Virus record (IMG/VR): IMGVR_UViG_3300024520_000057
Span: 9,215 to 73,214 of that record
Source of the DNA: a virus
Length of the DNA: 64,000 bases
Reading direction: 5' to 3' (one strand)
Shown: in pieces, positions 39,317 through 50,271 of the stretch
How positions within the stretch are numbered: position 1 is the first letter of the stretch
Layout: each line of letters opens with the position of its first letter
Position numbers and translations under genes: made by a program
The notes under the pieces: generated by a model
Told to the model about the DNA's origin: nothing
The model's input: the letters and a program-made list of their open reading frames with translations, nothing else
Database searches by the model: none

Positions 39317-39769
39317 ATGAGTGTTCAATTTGGTATTGCCACCATGACTTTTGGTGGTGTGAATATTGGTTACCTTCAGAATGTCAATGTAGATTTTTCT
39401 TTTGAGGTTGCCAATTTGTTTGCAGGTGGAAATTTATTTCCAGTGGATGTTAGAACTCATACAGGAACATTGACAGGTTCAGCTGAATTTGCTGATCTAA
39501 CATCTCAAGCTTTTGAGAAAATATTGGGTGGAACCAGAACTGGAGATACGATTGATTTGGATAATGTTGATTCACCATCAACCTTTCAGATTGTTATTAC
39601 ACTGACAACTGATGGTATTGGATTTATTATAACTCTTGTGAAGTGTAGATCCACAAAGCTGAGTCTGGGATTTGTTAGGGATGGTCATTTAATTCCTAAT
39701 TTTGATTTCAGTGCTGAAGCTGATTCAGGTGGAAATGTTGCTACAGTAGATGTTGGTGATATAAGTTAA
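39317..39769 (+). CDS. Major tail tube protein
   Basis: IGYLQNVNVDFSFE..LFAG..FPVDV, IPNFDFSA; strong SD; position. Confidence 0.75.
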   Translation: MSVQFGIATMTFGGVNIGYLQNVNVDFSFEVANLFAGGNLFPVDVRTHTGTLTGSAEFADLTSQAFEKILGGTRTGDTIDLDNVDSPSTFQIVITLTTDGIGFIITLVKCRSTKLSLGFVRDGHLIPNFDFSAEADSGGNVATVDVGDIS

Positions 39770-39783
39770 CAGTTCCCATCTTT

Positions 39784-39857
39784 AATTCAGGGATGCAGAT
39801 GGTTTGCAAATTCACTTCTTGCCTGTGGGATTGTGAATTTTGTCTGCATCCCGAATT
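39784..39857 (+). terminator. Long stem-loop between tail tube and chaperone genes
   Basis: gggatgcaga/tctgcatccc outer stem and aaattcac/gtgaattt inner stem, followed by Ts. Confidence 0.6.
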
Positions 39858-39887
39858 TTTAATCCTAACTTAAAAAGGAGAACTAAA

Positions 39888-40283
39888 TTGGAAGAGAAAG
39901 AATTCAACGATATTTTGGGATATGGCAAAAAAATGAAGATATTTGTCAGCAAGAATGGTGATGGAAAAGAAGTTGAAGAAAGCTCTATTGAGCTTCATTT
40001 CACACCTGTATCTTTAAAAGAATTGCCAACACTTCAAAAAAAGTTGGAAGAATGGTCTGATGCATCTGGAAAGGGTGCATTTAACAAACAAGCAATTACA
40101 GTTGCAGCAGAAATTATCAGAATGAGTCTGAAGAAAATGCATAGTGATTATACAACAGAAATGATATTGGAAACATTCACATATGGTGGACTTGCAAAGG
40201 CAATAACTATTGTTGTTGATCTGAATGATTTTTTATCAGACATGGGAGAGTTGAGCAAGTTGGTGAGCCAGATGAAAACATAG
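39888..40283 (+). CDS. Tail assembly chaperone (gpG-like)
   Basis: TTG 39888 after AAGGAG; lies between tube and TMP; slippery site near its 3' end. Confidence 0.8.
   Translation: MEEKEFNDILGYGKKMKIFVSKNGDGKEVEESSIELHFTPVSLKELPTLQKKLEEWSDASGKGAFNKQAITVAAEIIRMSLKKMHSDYTTEMILETFTYGGLAKAITIVVDLNDFLSDMGELSKLVSQMKT
40229..40235 (+). other. Programmed -1 frameshift site T TTT TTA
   Basis: In-frame X XXY YYZ heptamer; the -1 frame is open into ORF 40295-40594. Confidence 0.8.
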
Positions 40284-40294
40284 GAATCAAGGAA

Positions 40295-40594
40295 TTGGTT
40301 CACATGTTTGCAAAGGAATATAGTTGGTCAATAGAATATATAATGGATTTAACAAGAAGGCAAATGAATAGTTTATTGAAAGCAAATGAGAACTTGAGAA
40401 AAATGGCTGATGGAAAGCAAGCAAGCCAGTCGTCAAATCTCCCTGATGGCAAGAAAAGTTCTTTGACAAATAAACTGCAGTTATTAACAATGCCTGGATC
40501 AAGGATGACTGAAAGAGCAAAAAAAGCTTTCCTGAAATCAAAGGGAATTTCACAATTTTTAGATAAGGAAAAAAAGGAAAAGACTGATGCCTGA
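40295..40594 (+). CDS. Tail assembly chaperone frameshift extension (gpT-like)
   Basis: -1 frame to the upstream ORF; YSWSIEYIMDLT motif. Confidence 0.75.
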   Translation: MVHMFAKEYSWSIEYIMDLTRRQMNSLLKANENLRKMADGKQASQSSNLPDGKKSSLTNKLQLLTMPGSRMTERAKKAFLKSKGISQFLDKEKKEKTDA

Positions 40595-43500
40595 AGGCAG
40601 GAATTTTGTAGAAGAATTATGGGTTGGAATCAGAGCTGACTTGTCTCATTTACAAGCTGGTTTGACCACTGCAAGTGCCCAAACAAAAACATTTGTTGGC
40701 AGACTGGGTGCAATGAGTGGACAATTAAGAAGAGTAGGGAAAGCTATTGGTTTGATTTCAACAGCCAGTGCAATAATGGGTGGAATTGCTACAAAGGTGT
40801 TTGCTGATTTTGAACAAGGAATGGCAAATACAGCATCAGTTCTTGGCTCAACACAGGAAGAATTGGCTACTGTTTCTGATTTTGCAAGGGAAATGGGACG
40901 AACAACAGTTTTTACAGCAACACAGGCAGCAAATGCAATGTATTTTCTGGCGTCAGCAGGTTTTGATGCTCAAAAAATTATGGGTTCATTAAAAGGAACT
41001 TTGGCACTGGCAGCAGCAACCCAACATGATTTGGCTGAGACCACAAGGATTGTGGTTTCGGCTATGAATCAGTTCAATTTGACAGCTGAGGAATCTTCAA
41101 GAGTTGCCAATGCAATGTCAGCTATTATTTCCAGCACACAGGCTACAATGGACAGGCTTGGGGATTCATTGAAGTTCGTTGGACCAATTGCAAGTGGTTT
41201 GAATATTTCATTGGAACAAACACTTGCTGTGTTAGGTAAACTGTTTAATGCTGGATTGCAAGCCAGCCAAGCAGGAACATCCCTCCGACAAGCTTTGATT
41301 AGGTTACAAAAACCAACAGCTCAATCAATAAAAGCAATTGGTGATTTGGGACTTACATGGGCAGATATAAATCCACAGACAAAGGATTTGGTTCAAATAA
41401 TTAGAACATTAGAGAAGGCTGAAGCAGGTGCAATTGATAAGGGTGATGAGTTGGCAAAAATATTTGGACAGAGAGCCATTGCTACATTTCAAATTTTAAT
41501 CAGGGAAGGTGCAGATGCAATTGAGGATTTGGAAGATAAAATCACTGGAACCAATAAAGCTTTTGAAATGGCTGAGATACAAATCAATACACTCAGGGGC
41601 TCATTTAAGCTACTGTTGTCTGCATTACAGGAAGCAGCCATCCAAATTGGTGAGGTCATAGCTCCTATTGTAAGGGGGATGGCAGATACATTCAGGGATG
41701 CAGTTCAAATTTTTAATACCATGCCAGCTATATTCAAGAAAGTTGCTGTGATGGCAGTGGTTCTTGCTACTGGATTAGGATTGGTGGTTGCACCAGTTAT
41801 GCTGTTGCTTTCATTGATTCCAAGTATTGTAGCTGGATGGGGAACTTTGACTGCATTATTTGGAGCAACTCTTGGTCCAATTGCATTGGTAACTGCTGGA
41901 ATAATTGGTTTGGTAACAGCCATTGGTTTGATGATTTCAGCTGATAGAAGAGCAGCACAACAAAGGAAGGATAATATCAAGTCAATTGATGAAATGATTA
42001 CAAAGAGGGAACATGAAATTCTTAACATAAATGCAATGTCAAGCAGGTATGTAGAACTTGCAGACAGAGCAAAATTGACTAATAAAGAACAGAGGGAGAT
42101 GGAAAAGATACTTGGTCAATTGAAGCTTAAATATCCTGATTTGATTAAGGACACTAAATTTTATGCTGGTGCACTTGATGATGTTAGGAGAATTGCAGAT
42201 TCAACATCTAAAGAATTGCAGAAGCTTGCTGAAATGAAGTTGTCATTGGAAAAGGTGAAAATTACCTTGGATATGGCAGACTTGAAAGTTCAAGTTCAAA
42301 AACTTAAAGATGAGCTGAAGCCGTTGGAAAAGGATTCATTTAAATTGGGGGCAGAGGTTATATTGTCTTCAGTAACTGGTGGAGCTGTTAGGGTTGACAA
42401 TACAGAACTTTTGGAAACCCTGTCTATTTTCGATGATATCAAGAGGGTGTCTGTAGAAACAATGACTGGAACCACTAAAATGAATACAGCATTGTTGACA
42501 AATTCACTCAAAGAGAATATCAGTGAATTAGATACGATAAAAAGTATTACAGAAGATATAAGCAAATTGACAGATGGACAAATTATTACATCCACTGAAA
42601 TAGAAAAGATAAGGGCAGTTGCAACTGATGAGGAAAGATCTCTAACAAAGATTGAGAGTGGAAGAATCAAGACTTTGGAGGAACAAAAGAATACATACAG
42701 TGAGATTTCAAGTTCATTGGCTGGGTTGGTTAAGGATTCCACTGAATTGAATTCCAAGCAAATAGAACTTTTGGAAATAGGAAATAAGCTGAAGGCAATT
42801 GGGGACAGTGAGACAGTGCTCAAAAGGAAGGTTACAACTGAAGAAGATTTGGGAGAAGCAACAGGAGGACTTGCAAAAGAAGAAATTGAGTTGGAACGAC
42901 AGAAACAAGATTTTATGTTTCAACTTGAAAAGCAGGTATTGGAAGCAAGGTTGTCTGAAAAGAAGCTTTATGTTGATGAGAGCAGAAAATTTGCAGAGGA
43001 AGCAATAGATGCTGAGTTTGAATACAAGCAAAGAGTTTTGGAAATGGAGAAGGAAGTTGTATTAAGACAGGCTGAGGATTTGAAAGAAGACAAAGCAAAA
43101 GTTGAAAAAGCATTTAAGGCAGAATCTATTTCAATTGAGAAAGCAAGATTGGATGCACATGAAAATTTGAATAGACAATATTTTGAAAAACTGGAAAATT
43201 TTGAACTTGAGAAAATGAGAAGAGAGGCATTTAGGGATGAAGAAGAACTTGCTGAATATAAAGCTTATTTACAAGAAAAATTTGCTGCTGAGAAAGAGGG
43301 AACTGATAGATATCTTAAGCTTCTGAGATTGATAACAGAAGTGGAAGAATCTGAATGGGATGCAAGGATGGCAAAAGCACGATACTGGGGAGGAATGATG
43401 ACAAGTCTTGCTACATCTGTTGGACAAGCTTTTGGAAATCAAATAGCAACTGGAATGACAAGTGCATGGAAGGGAAGTTTGATTGCTGTTATTAATATGC

Positions 43501-45554
43501 TTGCCAAACATTACAAAAATATTTTGGCAATGGGAATGATAAATGATTTGGCTCATTTGAATTTTGGGGCAGCAGCTATGAAAGCTGCTGCTATTGGTTT
43601 GATTTCAGCAGCAGCAAGTGCAGCAAAAGCAAATATAGCAAGTGCAGAAATTGGAGCTGAAGTTCAAGCAGGTGGTGTGGTCAGGGTTCATCCTGGAGAA
43701 ACAATTGTCCCAGCAAAGGTGGTTAGGAAAACTGATGATGAGTATTCTGAAATATTTAAAGAATTTAAGGGAATAGATAGGGCAAAATCAGTGATGGAAG
43801 ATATTGTTAGTATGTCTTCTGTTGATAAGATGTTTGATGCCAAAAAAATGAGTGTAATTGTTGATAAAATAAAAGGTATGTCATCCAATTTAAAAACAGT
43901 TGGGATTGAAGATATCAAAACCACTGAAAAATATTCAGATATCAAACACAAAGAAAATTTCCGTGATGTTGAAAAGATGACTGGAATCAGAGATGTTAAG
44001 ACTGATTTTCAATCAAAAATTGAGGAAATTAATAAGACATATAAGGCTGATGAGAGGGATACAGAAATTAAGAAACTGGAAGCTGATTATGTTACCAAAA
44101 TTCATGAAATAAAAAGCAAAGATAAGATGTCAAAGTCTGATGATATTTTAAAGGATGTTCACAGAACAGTGGATGTTAAGCTTACAGATGCTGATAAATT
44201 GAGTGAAATTCTGAAAAGGTCTGAGAAGTTTACAGAAATATTGAAGAATGCTGAGAGCTTTTCAGATATAAAAAGCATTCTTAACATTACAGACATTGGC
44301 ACACTGGATACTGAGAAGATAGATATTAGCAGTGCTGTTGGAGTTGAAAAATCCTTTGAAAATATTAAGGATAAGATTTCCAGCATAGATGTGTTTGAAT
44401 CAACAGGATTGGAAAAATTTGTTACAGTTGCAGATTCCATAAGGGATGTGGAAAATATAGACATAATTTTCAAGGAAACTGGTTTGACAAAAATAATGGA
44501 TTCTGTAAGGCAGGTTGTTAGCCTGAAGGATAGCATTAAGGACGAATTACAAACAGCCTCTGTTGGTTTCTCATTGGGAGAATCCACTTCTGTGTCTAAT
44601 ATACAAGAGTTGACAAGGGATATTTCTAATGTTATAGAAAAATTCAAAATAACTGATGAAACAAAGTCTGTTGTTGAGGGTGCAAAAAAGTCAGCTGATT
44701 CCATTTTAAACCTGACAAATGTCTCTGATAAAATGATGTGGACAAAATCAGTGCATGATATTTCTAAAGCTGCTTTTGAAAATATGAAAGGAACAGAAAA
44801 TACTGATTTAAAATCTATTAAAAATACATTTGAAAAAATATCTATGGATTCATTTAGAACAGGAATTGTAGAATCATCTTTTAAGTTCGGAACAATTAAG
44901 ACAATGGTGGACAGTATTGATAGAATTGTTGGTGGTGCACCAAAGTCAGTTGAAACTGAACTTATTAAGAAAAAATCATCGGAAATTAGGAATATAATTG
45001 ACCAGTCAAGCTTTTCCAATATATCAGAAAATGTCATTAGTTCGATTATTGGGAAATCCAGTGAGATAGTGAAAAGTATTTCCACATCTCAAATCAACCA
45101 AGAAGATAAAAATGTTGTCAAGAAATTATCAGAAAATATAAACACTGTTGCAGTTGGGGAAAGTTCATTATCAAGAACAAATGTAGTTTCTGAATTTATT
45201 ACAAAATCAATGTCCAATGTAAGCAATATTATGTCGTCTTTTAATCTTATTCCACAAGCAAATATTGGAGCAAGAATTGCCAAAGAGGGAATAGTAAATG
45301 TTCATCCTGGTGAGATAATTGTTCCAGCAAAAGTTGTTAGGGAAACTGAAAGTAGATACAAGGAAATTGTTGGTGGTGAAAAGAGTTCTGATAAGACTGT
45401 AACAAAAGAAATTGTGAGAGAATTGATTGAAGGTGGAATTGTAGATAAACAACCTATCAACATTTATAATCCAATGGTCAATGATCCAGAATTTTGGGAG
45501 AATATAGCTGAGGAATATATTATAAAGGCATTTGAAAGAGTGAAGAATAGATGA
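40587..45554 (+). CDS. Tape measure protein (TP901 family)
   Basis: FEQGMANT, TTVFTATQAANAMYFLASAG, SQAGTSLR; TM region; 1655 aa. Confidence 0.93.
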   Translation: MPEGRNFVEELWVGIRADLSHLQAGLTTASAQTKTFVGRLGAMSGQLRRVGKAIGLISTASAIMGGIATKVFADFEQGMANTASVLGSTQEELATVSDFAREMGRTTVFTATQAANAMYFLASAGFDAQKIMGSLKGTLALAAATQHDLAETTRIVVSAMNQFNLTAEESSRVANAMSAIISSTQATMDRLGDSLKFVGPIASGLNISLEQTLAVLGKLFNAGLQASQAGTSLRQALIRLQKPTAQSIKAIGDLGLTWADINPQTKDLVQIIRTLEKAEAGAIDKGDELAKIFGQRAIATFQILIREGADAIEDLEDKITGTNKAFEMAEIQINTLRGSFKLLLSALQEAAIQIGEVIAPIVRGMADTFRDAVQIFNTMPAIFKKVAVMAVVLATGLGLVVAPVMLLLSLIPSIVAGWGTLTALFGATLGPIALVTAGIIGLVTAIGLMISADRRAAQQRKDNIKSIDEMITKREHEILNINAMSSRYVELADRAKLTNKEQREMEKILGQLKLKYPDLIKDTKFYAGALDDVRRIADSTSKELQKLAEMKLSLEKVKITLDMADLKVQVQKLKDELKPLEKDSFKLGAEVILSSVTGGAVRVDNTELLETLSIFDDIKRVSVETMTGTTKMNTALLTNSLKENISELDTIKSITEDISKLTDGQIITSTEIEKIRAVATDEERSLTKIESGRIKTLEEQKNTYSEISSSLAGLVKDSTELNSKQIELLEIGNKLKAIGDSETVLKRKVTTEEDLGEATGGLAKEEIELERQKQDFMFQLEKQVLEARLSEKKLYVDESRKFAEEAIDAEFEYKQRVLEMEKEVVLRQAEDLKEDKAKVEKAFKAESISIEKARLDAHENLNRQYFEKLENFELEKMRREAFRDEEELAEYKAYLQEKFAAEKEGTDRYLKLLRLITEVEESEWDARMAKARYWGGMMTSLATSVGQAFGNQIATGMTSAWKGSLIAVINMLAKHYKNILAMGMINDLAHLNFGAAAMKAAAIGLISAAASAAKANIASAEIGAEVQAGGVVRVHPGETIVPAKVVRKTDDEYSEIFKEFKGIDRAKSVMEDIVSMSSVDKMFDAKKMSVIVDKIKGMSSNLKTVGIEDIKTTEKYSDIKHKENFRDVEKMTGIRDVKTDFQSKIEEINKTYKADERDTEIKKLEADYVTKIHEIKSKDKMSKSDDILKDVHRTVDVKLTDADKLSEILKRSEKFTEILKNAESFSDIKSILNITDIGTLDTEKIDISSAVGVEKSFENIKDKISSIDVFESTGLEKFVTVADSIRDVENIDIIFKETGLTKIMDSVRQVVSLKDSIKDELQTASVGFSLGESTSVSNIQELTRDISNVIEKFKITDETKSVVEGAKKSADSILNLTNVSDKMMWTKSVHDISKAAFENMKGTENTDLKSIKNTFEKISMDSFRTGIVESSFKFGTIKTMVDSIDRIVGGAPKSVETELIKKKSSEIRNIIDQSSFSNISENVISSIIGKSSEIVKSISTSQINQEDKNVVKKLSENINTVAVGESSLSRTNVVSEFITKSMSNVSNIMSSFNLIPQANIGARIAKEGIVNVHPGEIIVPAKVVRETESRYKEIVGGEKSSDKTVTKEIVRELIEGGIVDKQPINIYNPMVNDPEFWENIAEEYIIKAFERVKNR

Positions 45555-48500
45555 TTACAGTAAATGCAACCACACAAGCTTTGCAAACCAGTATGGGGCA
45601 AATTCCTGATGTATTGGAAATAGTCACTATTTTTGAACAATGGAGTGGAATTGTTAATAGTGTTACCAGTGTAACAAATTTCAAAGTCAAGGGAGATGCT
45701 ACAAGTCTTTTGTCGGTTGGTGATTCAATCACCTCATACCTTACAGATTTTCCAACAGTGGATACAATAGCAACAATTAGCTACAGTGGTGGGAATGTGG
45801 AAACCACCATAACATTGGGCGGTTCAGGACTTACAAATATTGTTACAGGTGTGTATATACAAAAACAAACCAACATAACTTCCAAGCTAATTAGGAATGG
45901 AATTGGAAATGTAATACAGAAACTGTCTGGATTTGGATTGAATAAATTTGATTCAGGCAGTCTGGATATTACAGTTGATAATTCTGATGGCTTTTTCTTT
46001 ACATCAGCAGGGGCTGGGGTATTTGGAATTGGAAATGTAATTTATGCATCATACAGAATTGGATTCAGAGGGGCTGATGATAGAATACTGTATTTTGCTG
46101 GTGTAGTTGATACAACAGATCTTGGCATTGATATTGCAAATAAAGTGGTAAAATTTAGAATATATGGACACACAAAGGAATTGGAAAGATATCCAGCATT
46201 TAGATGTAGCAAGGCTAATAATTCAAGATTCAACAGGATATCAGGATTTACAATTATTGGATACACCGAATCAGCTGATAGTGAAGAAGGTATCAAGGGT
46301 GTTTATCTGAAACCATTTACAAGAACAAAATTATCTCAAGCTGTGGAGATTCAAAGTCTTTCATGGGACACACAGGCAGGTATTAAGAAATTGGAATTCA
46401 GATATCCAGATTTATTCAAGTGGAATGGTGGGGCATGGACAAGGGTGAATTTAAGTGATTTGGATGCAGATGGTAATTATGAAATGACAGATATAAGTGG
46501 TGAGAAAGCTGTTATTAATTTTGGTAGCACAGATGACATGAATGAGATGCCAGATAGGGATGATGAAATGTTAGTTCATGTTAAGCCACAGGATGAATTG
46601 GGTGCACAGGAGATGGTTTCAAGTGTTGGAATTCCTGTTATGAGATTTGATAATGGGAATTGGCAGCCAATCAAAATAAATTTTCCATTATGTCTGAAAT
46701 TAGCAAGTGCTGTTTATACAGATGTATCTGCAGAATTTGGTTCTCCTAACTTGGAGGATAATGTTCAAATCTTGAATGCAAATAGTGATGAAATTCTTAT
46801 TATTGCACCAGAAATATTCTATGGATTGATAGTAAGACTTACATCAACATTTTCAGCTGGTGATTTGTCGTTTTATTATTCAACTGGAGCAAACACATGG
46901 AGCTCAGAATTTACACCTGATACAGAAGGAACCAGTGATTTCACTGATGAAGAAGGCAGAATTATATGGGGAGAACTTGATGGATGGGAAGTGAATGATA
47001 TAATCATAGATGCCAACACTCATTATAGAGGATTTATGATTAAAATCAAAAGGGATAGTGCTACAGGTAATTGTTATATGGGGGAAATGAAAAGATTGGT
47101 GAGGCTGATTGGTGAATCAGGTGATATTTTAACAATGGAAGTGAATCAGGATGAAATTCCAGTTGTTGATGCTTTTGATGAAATAATTATAGCCTATGAT
47201 GATGTTGAAGAATCATGGGGATGGGCAATGTGGTATCAACAAGCATCCCTGAATACAATTCTTGAGAAAATGTTAGATTCGTCCTATTATACAACAGCAA
47301 AAAGAAGTGTAACAGTGATGAAAAAGTCAACTGCAAGCAGTGTTTTTAATATATGGGGACACTCACCAGAAGTTAATCACAAGTTACACTCAACAGCTGT
47401 TTATTATCACAGTTCCAGTGGATATTTGTATATGGGACTTGGTGGAAGTTATTGGTGTGAACTTTGGAGAACTAAATTGGATGGTGAATGGGAGTTCTTA
47501 TCAAGAATTGAAAATGAATGGATGTCAAAAGGATCTGAATTTGAAATAGCAGACATTTATGTAACTGTTGATGTATGGTTTGTAGTTAGGGAGAGACATG
47601 GAGTTTATCATGATGGTGTCAAATTCAATTATTTCCTTTATTATTTTGATTTGACTGGGATGACATTGAATTTAAGTTCCACACCTTCCACATTTAGAGA
47701 ATCATATTCAGGACAATTATCTATCAGGAATGGAGAAAGATATGAGGGTGATTCAGGAAATTGGTGGAGTAGCATTGGACAATTAGGCACATCTACACCA
47801 CAATTTGGGAATCATGGTGAGAATGTTTGTATTCCATTTAGGCAATTATTAAATCCTGGAGTTGCAAACAATGCAAATCAGTTACAAAAAGCTGATAATT
47901 TAGATAGTGATTGTGATTTAACACACTATCTATTTAGATTTTATTTTGCTGTTTGGTTCACAGCAGATAGAACAGGATTGAGATATTGGACACCAATGGG
48001 ATATTATGCCATTTCCGATGTAGCTTTTGATGTTACAGAGGGAGCAGTTGGTGATTTGGAATTTGGATTTGATTATGGACAAAGAGGAAGCTATTTATTC
48101 AACCAAACAGAGCTGAATGGCTATACATTTCAAGAATTTACAGATGCTGGAAGTTTGACAGCTCACAGGTTTTATGGATTGGGTTCTACAAATCAAGCCA
48201 AATATGAAAAGATGATGTTGTATGGAAGTCAGAATATTCCTATTTGCAGTGCACTTCATGATAATGAAAATGATATATTTTTTGGGCATACCAGATGGGT
48301 AGATGTTGGTGATGATATTAGGAGCTATTCATATATCACCAAGTTTAAGGCAACTGGTGTAATTGATGCTTCTGCTGTAATGCACGATAGCACAACAGGG
48401 GGATTTACAGAACAGACTGATAATTGGAATAATGATCCTACAAGTATGCCGAATATGAATGAGGTTGGTGACATAATATATATTGGGTTGGAATTCAAAA

Positions 48501-49801
48501 GATTCAGATCTGTTTATGTAGAGATGAATGGTGTGCATGGAACTTATGCATATGAATATTGGAATGGTTCCAGTTGGGTTACTCTTGAAGACATTCCAGC
48601 AAATAACATTCCTGATGATATAGTGTGTTGGAGCATACCAAATGATTGGGCACAGACTACTGTAAATGGAAGTGATCCACAATATTACATAAGGATAAGG
48701 CAAACAGGTGCAGCAAATCAAGGATGGTCAGATGCATATATTCTTGAATACTGTTTATGGGATAGCGAGGAAGATACTGGTAATGAGGCAATGATGCCTG
48801 TCAACATGGCTTTTAATCCATATGATTCTAATTTATATGGCTGCATGTTCAATAGATTAACAACAGGAACATATCCATTCCAATGGAGCTTTTTTGCTTG
48901 TGATATGGGAGCCACTCCAGGATTTTCAGAAACAGTATATCATTCAAGAACAGGAACAAATTTTACATTTAATGCATCATTTCTGATGAAAGATTTTCAA
49001 TATAATGCAGATGATAATACAGTTTATTTTGTAATGGAAAATAGAAGATATGATGACAGAAGTTCATTTGTTGCTAAAGCTTCTGGCTCAGCATCATCTC
49101 CAACAATGACAAAAGTGGGAACACCCAGAGAAAATGAATGGGGACAACATTTTTTACACATAACAAGCACTGGAGTAATGTATGGGGCAACAAAGGAAAA
49201 TAATGTGTTCTGGGAGTATAATGATGAGTTCTATCCAAGAGTTGATATAGCAAAATTTGATGAGAATTCTAATTACAAAAATATTCTTGAGAGTGTTGTG
49301 TTAATAATGAATTATTATATGTTTATCCATTCAGACAGAACAATAGATTTATTTGTAAGGGATACAGTGAATGGAACAATAGCATTGGATTGGTCAACCA
49401 ATTTAATCAATACACCACCTGAATTTGAGTATTGGGAGCATAAGTATGATGGTATTGTGGTTGACTGGAAGGATCCAATTAGTGGATTAAGTGGAAGCAA
49501 GAAAAGAGGATTTACAAATTGGCTGAAAAAAGTTCTCAATATTTCAGATACACTGATACAGTCAAGCCATTTAGCAGATCTAATTGCTGCAGACAATTAT
49601 ACCTATTTCAATCAATATAGAATCAAAGCCTCAAGAATCAGAACATTGTTTTTAACACAACTGGAATTAATTGATAAGTTTACAATATTTATTCCAGCTA
49701 ATATTATGGATATAGATAACACAAAAGAATTTTTAATTGACCAAATAAGAATTAACAGAAGTCAAAAACAATTGGAATTAAGTGGAGTGGAAATCATATA
49801 A
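45551..49801 (+). CDS. Large tail tip/baseplate hub protein with inserted carbohydrate-binding-like domains
   Basis: Follows TMP; LDITVDNSDGFF and LELIDKFTI hub-like ends; two internal W-rich beta domains. Confidence 0.65.
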   Translation: MITVNATTQALQTSMGQIPDVLEIVTIFEQWSGIVNSVTSVTNFKVKGDATSLLSVGDSITSYLTDFPTVDTIATISYSGGNVETTITLGGSGLTNIVTGVYIQKQTNITSKLIRNGIGNVIQKLSGFGLNKFDSGSLDITVDNSDGFFFTSAGAGVFGIGNVIYASYRIGFRGADDRILYFAGVVDTTDLGIDIANKVVKFRIYGHTKELERYPAFRCSKANNSRFNRISGFTIIGYTESADSEEGIKGVYLKPFTRTKLSQAVEIQSLSWDTQAGIKKLEFRYPDLFKWNGGAWTRVNLSDLDADGNYEMTDISGEKAVINFGSTDDMNEMPDRDDEMLVHVKPQDELGAQEMVSSVGIPVMRFDNGNWQPIKINFPLCLKLASAVYTDVSAEFGSPNLEDNVQILNANSDEILIIAPEIFYGLIVRLTSTFSAGDLSFYYSTGANTWSSEFTPDTEGTSDFTDEEGRIIWGELDGWEVNDIIIDANTHYRGFMIKIKRDSATGNCYMGEMKRLVRLIGESGDILTMEVNQDEIPVVDAFDEIIIAYDDVEESWGWAMWYQQASLNTILEKMLDSSYYTTAKRSVTVMKKSTASSVFNIWGHSPEVNHKLHSTAVYYHSSSGYLYMGLGGSYWCELWRTKLDGEWEFLSRIENEWMSKGSEFEIADIYVTVDVWFVVRERHGVYHDGVKFNYFLYYFDLTGMTLNLSSTPSTFRESYSGQLSIRNGERYEGDSGNWWSSIGQLGTSTPQFGNHGENVCIPFRQLLNPGVANNANQLQKADNLDSDCDLTHYLFRFYFAVWFTADRTGLRYWTPMGYYAISDVAFDVTEGAVGDLEFGFDYGQRGSYLFNQTELNGYTFQEFTDAGSLTAHRFYGLGSTNQAKYEKMMLYGSQNIPICSALHDNENDIFFGHTRWVDVGDDIRSYSYITKFKATGVIDASAVMHDSTTGGFTEQTDNWNNDPTSMPNMNEVGDIIYIGLEFKRFRSVYVEMNGVHGTYAYEYWNGSSWVTLEDIPANNIPDDIVCWSIPNDWAQTTVNGSDPQYYIRIRQTGAANQGWSDAYILEYCLWDSEEDTGNEAMMPVNMAFNPYDSNLYGCMFNRLTTGTYPFQWSFFACDMGATPGFSETVYHSRTGTNFTFNASFLMKDFQYNADDNTVYFVMENRRYDDRSSFVAKASGSASSPTMTKVGTPRENEWGQHFLHITSTGVMYGATKENNVFWEYNDEFYPRVDIAKFDENSNYKNILESVVLIMNYYMFIHSDRTIDLFVRDTVNGTIALDWSTNLINTPPEFEYWEHKYDGIVVDWKDPISGLSGSKKRGFTNWLKKVLNISDTLIQSSHLADLIAADNYTYFNQYRIKASRIRTLFLTQLELIDKFTIFIPANIMDIDNTKEFLIDQIRINRSQKQLELSGVEII

Positions 49802-49815
49802 CAAAGGAGCAAGCC

Positions 49816-50265
49816 ATGAAGTCATTAGTTTTATTTTTATTAATTGTGTTGGTGTCATTTTCATTTTCACAAGAGCCATATATGAGAACAAAGTTTGTGA
49901 ATAGAGTAGATATAACAGGGAATGCAACTGATTCAATATATGTTTCACCAATGAATAGTGTTGAGAGAAGGAATATGGAATCAACTTTCACTGGTAGTTT
50001 GGGATTGATAATTAATTGTAGAGATTTAGGAGGAACAGCTGGGAGTGTTGCAATAAGTTATACACTGTCCACTTGGGATTCAGCAAGATCAGCAATAGAT
50101 GTAGTTGCTCTTACTGCTGCACAGGCATGGACAGATAATGAAGTATTTGTCTTTGATATAAGCCAAAATTTTCCTGTCTGGGGTGTTTGGGTTTATTTTA
50201 CAAGGTCTGGGGCAACTGGAATGGGAAGATTTAATGTGTGGCAAACATATGTAAAATATAGGTAA
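49816..50265 (+). CDS. Signal-peptide protein within the tail module
   Basis: MKSLVLFLLIVLVSFSFS|QE; AAGGAG SD. Confidence 0.7.
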   Translation: MKSLVLFLLIVLVSFSFSQEPYMRTKFVNRVDITGNATDSIYVSPMNSVERRNMESTFTGSLGLIINCRDLGGTAGSVAISYTLSTWDSARSAIDVVALTAAQAWTDNEVFVFDISQNFPVWGVWVYFTRSGATGMGRFNVWQTYVKYR

Positions 50266-50271
50266 TTTATC

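Noticed and set aside
44159-45085. 308-aa minus-strand ORF and other minus-strand ORFs (e.g. 22404-23024, 42296-42823, 55807-56352)
   Set aside because: Antisense shadows of strong + strand genes; S/F/I/L-biased with no motifs
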